NCBI GenBank assembly: GCA_049287025.1
Contig: JBAQFA010000051.1
Coordinates: 1,697 to 65,696 of the forward strand
Length of the DNA stretch: 64,000 bases
Direction: 5' to 3'
DNA from: Candidatus Magasanikiibacteriota bacterium
Lineage (GTDB): Bacteria; Patescibacteriota; Patescibacteriia; Magasanikbacterales; UBA922
The notes below the pieces were generated by a model. It ran no database searches. It saw only the letters and a program-made list of their open reading frames with translations, and had not been told where the DNA came from. Each line of letters begins with the position of its first letter. Position 1 is the stretch's first letter. Of this stretch, positions 57,645 through 64,000 are shown piece after piece. Made by a program: the position numbers and the translations under genes.

Positions 57645-58718
57645 ATGCTAAAAGATGGTCGACCGTTGTTTATGGAATCTACTGGCGATGATTCTTTTGG
57701 TGGAGAAACAGCAGAAATGAGAGAAAGAAGAATTAGAATGCATATAGATAATATCAGGGGGGTGAATAAAAATATTTTTCCTTTAGTTCAAGGCTATCTT
57801 AGAGGAGAAGTTAAAGAACTTGATATTAGAATATTGCATGCTGCTTCTGAGGAGATTCTTGTGGTTCATGATATTTTGGAAGAAAGTGAAATGAGTGATT
57901 ATTTTAAACATGATTTAGATGCTGATTCCAGACACGCTTGCTCTAATTTGATGTCTATTACTGGCGAAGAAGATGACAAAGATTTTGATAGGCAAACAAT
58001 GCAATTTTTTGTAAAGGGTTGGAGAAGATTTTATGTAGCAGTGGAAGATATGTTATTGCGTAAGATTTACGAAACAAAAATATCAAAAGAAGATGTAAGT
58101 GAACTTAATTTAGAAGTAATGAAAGATGTTATAGACTATTTTGGTGAAAATGAAAAATCCCACATGGATAAGTTTGCTTATGAAATGCCAGCTTATAGTA
58201 ATATTGAACAGAAAAAATTTACAAACGAAATAGATTTTAATGCCTTACAAGCACAATTGCATGATAAAGAAATCAAAGCTAATACAGCTGTGGTTATGAA
58301 TCTTTTGTTGAATGAAATTAGAAATAGTTTAAAAGATAAAACTGAAATTGATGGTGTGACCACTGGCGTGGCTTTATCGGCACATGTTGAGGGTAAACAA
58401 TTGGTTTTACAAGTTATTGATGATGGTAAAGGTATTTCTGCAATCGACTTAGATCCAGAAAGCCCAAGTTTTATTTTTAGAAAAGGTACGACTAAAACTG
58501 ATAGTACTGGTTTAGGTTTAGCCAATGCTCAGGAAAGAATAGCAACAATGGGAGCAGAATTGAGAGTAATAAGTTACCGTAATGATGAGGATAAAACAAA
58601 TTTTTATCCACCAGAGTCTAAGTTTGATTTAGATGAATTTAATAAAAATCGTGTGAAAGAAGGAAAAATGAAAGCTAGGACTATTTTTGAAATTCGTCTA
58701 CCAATTGAAGATAAATAA
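57645..58718 (+). CDS. cytoplasmic protein with C-terminal GHKL (histidine-kinase-like) ATPase domain, N-terminal domain of unknown function
   Basis: 357 aa, no TM. Bergerat-fold motifs NEIRNS(LKD), DDGKGI (DxGxG), STGLGLA (GxGxG). Starts 4 nt after the valS stop. Confidence 0.65.
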   Translation: MLKDGRPLFMESTGDDSFGGETAEMRERRIRMHIDNIRGVNKNIFPLVQGYLRGEVKELDIRILHAASEEILVVHDILEESEMSDYFKHDLDADSRHACSNLMSITGEEDDKDFDRQTMQFFVKGWRRFYVAVEDMLLRKIYETKISKEDVSELNLEVMKDVIDYFGENEKSHMDKFAYEMPAYSNIEQKKFTNEIDFNALQAQLHDKEIKANTAVVMNLLLNEIRNSLKDKTEIDGVTTGVALSAHVEGKQLVLQVIDDGKGISAIDLDPESPSFIFRKGTTKTDSTGLGLANAQERIATMGAELRVISYRNDEDKTNFYPPESKFDLDEFNKNRVKEGKMKARTIFEIRLPIEDK

Positions 58719-58734
58719 TTTTTAAATTAAAATT

Positions 58735-59175
58735 ATGTCAAAAAATATTTTATTAGTTGGAATTTTATTTATTAGTTTGTTTTTGGGTGGTTGTGTTTTA
58801 AATAACAGTGGTGAAAAATTTGTTTTAACGACTGAACCACAGGATGCAGTGTTTTATATTGCTTATGGCTGGGTGGGTGGTGGCGGAGGCAGTATGCCAG
58901 TTTTGGATAATCAACGTAATCCTTTGCAATATAATAATTTGCCAGTGGCTTTTGACGAAACACAGGTTGATTTAGTTGGTAATAAGTTGCCAAGCTGTTA
59001 TGAGGGCAAGCCCGAAATTAAAGTATCAGCCAAAATTCAGTTAGAGAAAAGCAGTTCAATTAATACCTCTATTCCTCCTGACGAAAATGGTAATCAACCA
59101 GAAGAATCATTTTATTCGGCCAAAGTTTTGGAATTGAAAAATATTGAGGTGAAGGCCGTGGAGTGTAAAGATTAA
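58735..59175 (+). CDS. hypothetical lipoprotein
   Basis: Signal peptide with lipobox FLGGC. Confidence 0.55.
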   Translation: MSKNILLVGILFISLFLGGCVLNNSGEKFVLTTEPQDAVFYIAYGWVGGGGGSMPVLDNQRNPLQYNNLPVAFDETQVDLVGNKLPSCYEGKPEIKVSAKIQLEKSSSINTSIPPDENGNQPEESFYSAKVLELKNIEVKAVECKD

Positions 59176-59225
59176 AATAAGTTGGCTAAGTAAATAAGTT
59201 TACTAAGTTGTCTAAGTTATAAAAT

Positions 59226-60416
59226 ATGAAAATTAATACTGATCCAAAATTAATAGATGAATTTTTAACTCGTGGGGTGGAAGCTATTTATCCTCATGTT
59301 GATGAGTTAAAGAAAAAATTAATGTCAGGTGAAAGATTGCGCGCTTATCAAGGCTTTGATCCAACGGGGCCATATCTTCATGTTGGTCATGCTATGGGCA
59401 TTCGGGCTTTGCGTTTACTTCAGCAAATGGGACATGAAGTAATATTTTTAGTGGGTGATTTTACCGCTATGTTTGGTGATCCGGATAAAGATACTACTCG
59501 TGAAATGTTGACCGAAGAACAAATTCAAAAAAATATGTCTGGTTGGAAAGAGCAAGCTGGACAATTGATTAATTTTGAAGGAGAAAATCCAGTTCAATTT
59601 AAACGCAATTCTGAATGGCTCAAAGAGTTAAAATTAGCTGATTTATTGAAATTGATGTCACAAACTACTTTACAGAGAACCATGGAAAGAGATTTGTTTG
59701 CTCGTCGTCTTAAAGCCGAAGATCCAATTAGACTGCATGAAATTCTTTATCCTTTGATGCAGGGCTATGACGGTGTGGCCATGAAAGTTGATATTGAAAT
59801 TGGTGGAGCGGATCAGACTTTTAATATGTTGACTGGCCGGATGTTGTCAAAAGCTTATTTAGACAAAGAAAAATTTGTTCGGGCCAATCGTATGATGAAC
59901 GCGCCGGATAGTATTACTATGAGTAAGACCAAAGGCAATGGTATAAATTTATCAGATAGTCCAGAAGACATGTATGGCAAGGCGATGTCTTATGCTGATA
60001 ATGAAATTATTAATGGTTTTGAATTTCTGACCGAAATATCAATGGAAGAAATTAAAGAAATGGAAAAAGAAATTAAAAATGGCGCCAATCCAATGGAATT
60101 TAAAAAGAAAATGGCTTTTGAGATTGTAAAAATTATTAAAGGCGTAGAATCTGCTCAAATCGGCCAAACTTATTTTGAAAAAGTAATCCAGAGTAAAGAT
60201 AGACCAGAAGATATTCCGGAATTGAAACCAAGTGCTTATGATATTATTACGGTTTTGGTAGAAGCAAAAATTTGTTCAAGTAAGGGGGACGCGAGAAGAC
60301 AGATTGAACAGGGTGGAGTAAAGGTGAATGATGAAAAAATTAATAGCTTTGATTTTCAGACTAAGGCTGGTGATGTGGTACAAAAGGGGAGTAGGTTTTT
60401 TGTACGAGTTGTTTAA
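59226..60416 (+). CDS. tyrS: tyrosine--tRNA ligase
   Basis: 396 aa. GFDPTGPYLHVGHAM (HIGH), KMSKS-type TMSKTKGN, C-terminal S4 domain (DARRQIEQGGVKVNDEKI). Confidence 0.93.
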   Translation: MKINTDPKLIDEFLTRGVEAIYPHVDELKKKLMSGERLRAYQGFDPTGPYLHVGHAMGIRALRLLQQMGHEVIFLVGDFTAMFGDPDKDTTREMLTEEQIQKNMSGWKEQAGQLINFEGENPVQFKRNSEWLKELKLADLLKLMSQTTLQRTMERDLFARRLKAEDPIRLHEILYPLMQGYDGVAMKVDIEIGGADQTFNMLTGRMLSKAYLDKEKFVRANRMMNAPDSITMSKTKGNGINLSDSPEDMYGKAMSYADNEIINGFEFLTEISMEEIKEMEKEIKNGANPMEFKKKMAFEIVKIIKGVESAQIGQTYFEKVIQSKDRPEDIPELKPSAYDIITVLVEAKICSSKGDARRQIEQGGVKVNDEKINSFDFQTKAGDVVQKGSRFFVRVV

Positions 60417-60420
60417 CGCG

Positions 60421-60452
60421 TAACTTGTAACTTGTAACTTGTAACCTGTAAC
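60421..60452. repeat. heptamer tandem repeat (TAACTTG)x4.5 immediately after the tyrS stop
   Basis: taacttgtaacttgtaacttgtaacctgtaac. Confidence 0.8.
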
Positions 60453-60461
60453 ATATTAGCT

Positions 60462-60830
60462 ATGAAAGAGGGAAATTTTCATGATGAACTTAAGAGATTT
60501 ATACATGAATATGTGTTATTATCTTATATTCATACTAAAAAATATCCTGTTGATGAAAGATATGGCTTAACTTCTCAGGATCGACGCGCTTCAGTATCTG
60601 TTATGTTAAATTATGTTGAGGGGTTTGCCAGAATGAAGTTTGGTGTAATGGTTAATCAATTTGAAATAGCTTATGCATCTTTAAAAGAATCAATTTATTG
60701 TCGTTTTTTATCAAAAGAATTAAATTATATTTCAGAAGAAGAATATAAACAAGCATTAATTTTAAAAGAAAAAATTGGAAAAATGTTGTATGGAACTATA
60801 CAAGGGATAAAGAATAAAAATAGGTTATAA
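60462..60830 (+). CDS. four-helix-bundle protein (TIGR02436 / rRNA-IVS-type protein family), second copy
   Basis: 122 aa. ERYGLTSQDRRASVSVMLNYVEGFAR...FEIAYASLKES matches the family core (ERY.L..Q.RRAA.SI..NIAEG...F..IA.GSL.E). Confidence 0.8.
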   Translation: MKEGNFHDELKRFIHEYVLLSYIHTKKYPVDERYGLTSQDRRASVSVMLNYVEGFARMKFGVMVNQFEIAYASLKESIYCRFLSKELNYISEEEYKQALILKEKIGKMLYGTIQGIKNKNRL

Positions 60831-60842
60831 GTTAAACGATAT

Positions 60843-62552
60843 ATGTTACAAGTTATTGAACAACAAATCAAAAAAATCTTGCAAGAATCTGGGGTGAGGT
60901 GTGAGATTGAATTAACTGTACCACCAAAAGCTGAAATGGGTGATTTGGCATTTGCGTGTTTTGGTTTAGCAAAGGAACAAGGGAAGAATCCAGTCGAAGT
61001 GGCGAAGGAATTAATTGAAAAGATTGAAAGATTGAAATACTTAAAGATTGTTGAGAAAGTTCAAGGTTTTGGACCGTATGTTAATTTTTATTTAGATACT
61101 GGTGTAGTGGCTAAAATAATTTTGACTGAAGTTAATAAAAATAATTTTAGTAAAAATAATTTTGGTCATGGTAAAAAAGTTTTACTAGAATATCCATCAC
61201 AAAATACTCACAAAGAATTTCATATTGGACATTTGCGCAATGTGGCGATTGGTAATACTTTGGTTAATCTTTATAACAAAAGCGGTTTCAAAATGATCCC
61301 AATAAATTATGTAAATGATTTTGGTGCTCATGTGGTAAAGTGCTTGTGGGGTATAATAAATAAAGATAAATTAAATTTATCAGATAGTAAATTGGCGGAT
61401 AATAAACAAAAATGGTTGGGTGAAGTGTATGCTAAAGCCAGTAATTATATAAAAGACCATGAAAAAGAAATTAAACCAGAACTGGACGATTTGCAAAAGA
61501 AATTAGAAACAAAAGATAAAACAATAATGAAATTATTTAAGCAGACGAGGGATTGGAGTGTGGAAGGTTTTGCTAAATTGAGTGAAGATCTGGGCATAAA
61601 ACACGATAAAATTTTTTATGAAAATGAAGTAAAAGATAAAGGGCAAAAGATTGTTGATAAATTATTAAAGAATAAAGTTGCTGAAATAGGGGAAAGAGGC
61701 GCTATCATTATTAATTTGGAAAAATTTGGTCTAGATATTGCTTTACTCCGTAAGTCTACGGGGGCAGGAGTATATTTGACTAGTGATTTGTCCTTGGCCG
61801 AAGAAAAATTTAAAAAATATAAAGTAGAAGAAAGTATAAATATTACTGGTTCAGAACAAGACTTTTATTTTAAACAATTGTTTAAAATTTTGGAATTAAA
61901 TGGTTTCAAAAACAAAATGACTCATATTGGTTATGGACTAGTGAATTTACCTAGTGGAAAAATGTCTTCTCGTACAGGATCAGTAATTTTGTATGAAGAT
62001 TTGCGTGATGAAATTTTTGCCAAGATGTATGAAGAAACCAAAAAACGCCATGTAGATTGGAGTGAGAAAAAAATTAAAAAAATTGTTAGTATTTTGACCA
62101 TGGCTGTTTTGAAATTTACCATGCAAAAACATGAAGCGGCCAAAACAATAACTTTTGATATGCAAGAAGCGGTTAGTTTTGAAGGTTTTAGCGCACCCTA
62201 TATTTTGTATGTCGTAGCTCGGATCAATAGTTTGTTAAAAAAAGCTAAGACAACTAAAAATGAAAAAATAAATTATACTTTATTAAATACCCCAGAAGAA
62301 AAAAAGTTGATGTTATTAATAGGTGAATATGGAGACGTGGTAATAAAAGCTTTGAAAAATTATAATCCGTCAGTCATAACCAAGTATTGCTTTGATTTAG
62401 CGCAGGCTTTTAATGATTTTTATAACAAACAAATTATTCTTGGTGATGACAAAGCCTTAGCTGTGGCGCGTCTAGGTTTGTGCCTAGCAGTAAAAAAAGT
62501 TTTACAAGATGCTTTGGCCTTGTTGACTATTGGTACTGTAGATGAGATGTAA
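60843..62552 (+). CDS. argS: arginine--tRNA ligase
   Basis: 569 aa. LEYPSQNTHKEFHIGHLRN (class I HIGH region, ArgRS-type), C-terminal DALR anticodon-binding block. Confidence 0.92.
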   Translation: MLQVIEQQIKKILQESGVRCEIELTVPPKAEMGDLAFACFGLAKEQGKNPVEVAKELIEKIERLKYLKIVEKVQGFGPYVNFYLDTGVVAKIILTEVNKNNFSKNNFGHGKKVLLEYPSQNTHKEFHIGHLRNVAIGNTLVNLYNKSGFKMIPINYVNDFGAHVVKCLWGIINKDKLNLSDSKLADNKQKWLGEVYAKASNYIKDHEKEIKPELDDLQKKLETKDKTIMKLFKQTRDWSVEGFAKLSEDLGIKHDKIFYENEVKDKGQKIVDKLLKNKVAEIGERGAIIINLEKFGLDIALLRKSTGAGVYLTSDLSLAEEKFKKYKVEESINITGSEQDFYFKQLFKILELNGFKNKMTHIGYGLVNLPSGKMSSRTGSVILYEDLRDEIFAKMYEETKKRHVDWSEKKIKKIVSILTMAVLKFTMQKHEAAKTITFDMQEAVSFEGFSAPYILYVVARINSLLKKAKTTKNEKINYTLLNTPEEKKLMLLIGEYGDVVIKALKNYNPSVITKYCFDLAQAFNDFYNKQIILGDDKALAVARLGLCLAVKKVLQDALALLTIGTVDEM

Positions 62553-62583
62553 AAATAATTTTTTTGTGGTATAATTATTTTGT

Positions 62584-63036
62584 ATGGATAAAAAATCTCA
62601 AATTCTAGTTTATATATTTTTTTCATTAATAATTGTAGTTTTGGTTTTTACATTTTATAAATTTATTGTTGCCAAAGATTATTATATTAGATTCGAAACT
62701 ACGTGCGAGCCGACAAAAGAGTATTGTTTTGTAAAAGAATGTAATTCCGAAGAAGAAGAATGCCCAGCCGATCCAGCCGAAGGTATTAGCTATTACAAAA
62801 TAATTGAAGAAAAAGCTAGTGCTATACCAAGTTGTAATTTAGATGGCGAAGATTGTCCAGAAATTTTTTGTAATAACGGCGAAGATTGCCAAGAAATTCT
62901 TTGTGATTCTGAGACAAATGATACTGATCTAGAATGTTCAGATCCAGAAAAATTTATTACTTTATTAGAAGAGTCAGAGGGTGTAGATGTTGAAAATGTT
63001 GATTTGGCAAGCAGTTCGGTAATATTGGCAGAATGA
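62584..63036 (+). CDS. hypothetical membrane-anchored, acidic Cys-rich extracytoplasmic protein
   Basis: N-terminal TM helix, then 12 Cys in an acidic (E/D-rich) ectodomain. Confidence 0.5.
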   Translation: MDKKSQILVYIFFSLIIVVLVFTFYKFIVAKDYYIRFETTCEPTKEYCFVKECNSEEEECPADPAEGISYYKIIEEKASAIPSCNLDGEDCPEIFCNNGEDCQEILCDSETNDTDLECSDPEKFITLLEESEGVDVENVDLASSSVILAE

Positions 63037-63075
63037 TTATTTCCTCGAACTAATTAATAGCCTATTATACTTTTG

Positions 63076-64000
63076 TATGATTCATTTGCTGGAGGTATCA
63101 GTTCTAGCTTTTTTGGATAGTCATTGGTTAATCTTGTCGTTTTTGGCACCAATGTTTTGGGCTTTGGTCAACATGATTGATGTTTATTTTGTTGATGGAG
63201 TGTATGCCGATGAACTAGAGGGTACAATTATCATGGGCATTTTTCAGGTGGTTCCTTGTTTATTTTTGCTATTTTTTTTGCGAGTAGATTTTAGTCAGTT
63301 GTTTAATTTTAATTTAGTCAACGGGCCGTTATTTTTTGAGCCAATGATTTTATGGGCTTTGGTAGGAGGACTATTATTCAATTTGTCCTTTTATTTTTAT
63401 TACAAAGCGCTTTTTCATCATAATGATGTTGGTTTATTGCAAATTTTGTGGGGTTTATCAATTGTGGCTGTGCCATTTTTAGCTTTTGTTTTGTTTAGAG
63501 AAAAATTGCCAGTGTATAGTTATTTGGGAATGGCAATAACATTATTAGGGGCAGTTGTATTATCTTTTCATAAAGGAATAAAAAAAGGAACTCTGAAACG
63601 GTATTTGTTTATAATGCTCTCAGCGATAGTGTTTTTTTCTCTAAGCATGGTATTGGAAAATAAAGCCTATAATGTTTTTGAGGCTAGAGGCTGGGGTAAT
63701 CAAGGTTTTTTGTTAGTTTTTATTTGTTTCAATTTAGGAGCCTTATTTAGTAGTATAATTCTTTTGTTTATTAGTCGAAAAAATCCTTGGCCATTAATCA
63801 AAAAATATTATAAAGTATTTATTTTAGGAGAAGGGTTAACTTTTTTGGGCAATCTGTTTTCCCAAAGAGCTTTGAGTGTGGCACCATCGGTTTCGTATGT
63901 AGCGACAATTGAAGCATTTGTACCGGCCTTTATTTTGATTTTTAGTTTGTTAATAGTGTTTATAGCCAAAATTTTTAATACAAAATTTTCTGCTATAAAA
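63076..64000 (+). CDS. polytopic membrane protein, EamA/DMT-like transporter (3' end beyond window)
   Basis: Open frame from the ATG at 63076 to the window edge with about 9 hydrophobic helices. Absent from the supplied ORF track, probably because no stop codon lies within the window. Confidence 0.5.

Overview
The window is low-GC (about one third GC by eye), tightly packed and standard genetic code (TGA is used as a stop). The gene complement and style (small genes, type-2 IleRS, a 3242-aa surface protein, 'four-helix-bundle' IVS-type proteins, AT-rich repeat-laden intergenic spacers) look like a Patescibacteria/CPR-type bacterium; that assignment is inference. Core content: rpoB (5'-truncated at the window edge) and rpoC; yebC-ruvC; an RlmI-like rRNA methyltransferase; a glycolytic set gap / pgk / two tandem iPGM paralogs / eno; four aminoacyl-tRNA synthetases (ileS, valS, tyrS, argS); leucyl aminopeptidase, U32 peptidase, NrnA, and a SemiSWEET. 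Accessory content: (i) a ~11 kb co-directional cell-surface glycan cluster (methyltransferases, flippase-like protein, three GT2 enzymes, an epimerase/dehydratase, two large polytopic membrane proteins) directly upstream of a 9.7 kb gene for a giant envelope protein. That protein has an N-terminal TM anchor, Gly-Tyr repeats, a Cys-rich knot, a beta-helix region, three tandem ~390-aa modules with Asp-box (SxDxGxTW) motifs, FN3 domains and a C-terminal peptidoglycan-binding domain. (ii) ileS carries an in-frame ~200-aa histidine-phosphatase (PGAM-like, RHGE...SHGG) domain in a linker loop and is preceded by a T-box leader. (iii) Two short islands of strikingly higher GC: one has a structured non-coding stretch plus a small Vsr/DUF559-like PD-(D/E)xK ORF, the other a TSP3-repeat lipoprotein gene with its own consensus promoter and iteron-like palindromes. 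(iv) An IS200/RAYT-type HuH tyrosine transposase flanked by inverted REP-like hairpins sits between gap and pgk. (v) A recurring ~65-bp intergenic repeat family occurs upstream of several + strand genes. (vi) A shared 29-nt promoter motif precedes two minus-strand genes. No rRNA, tRNA or CRISPR array was recognised.
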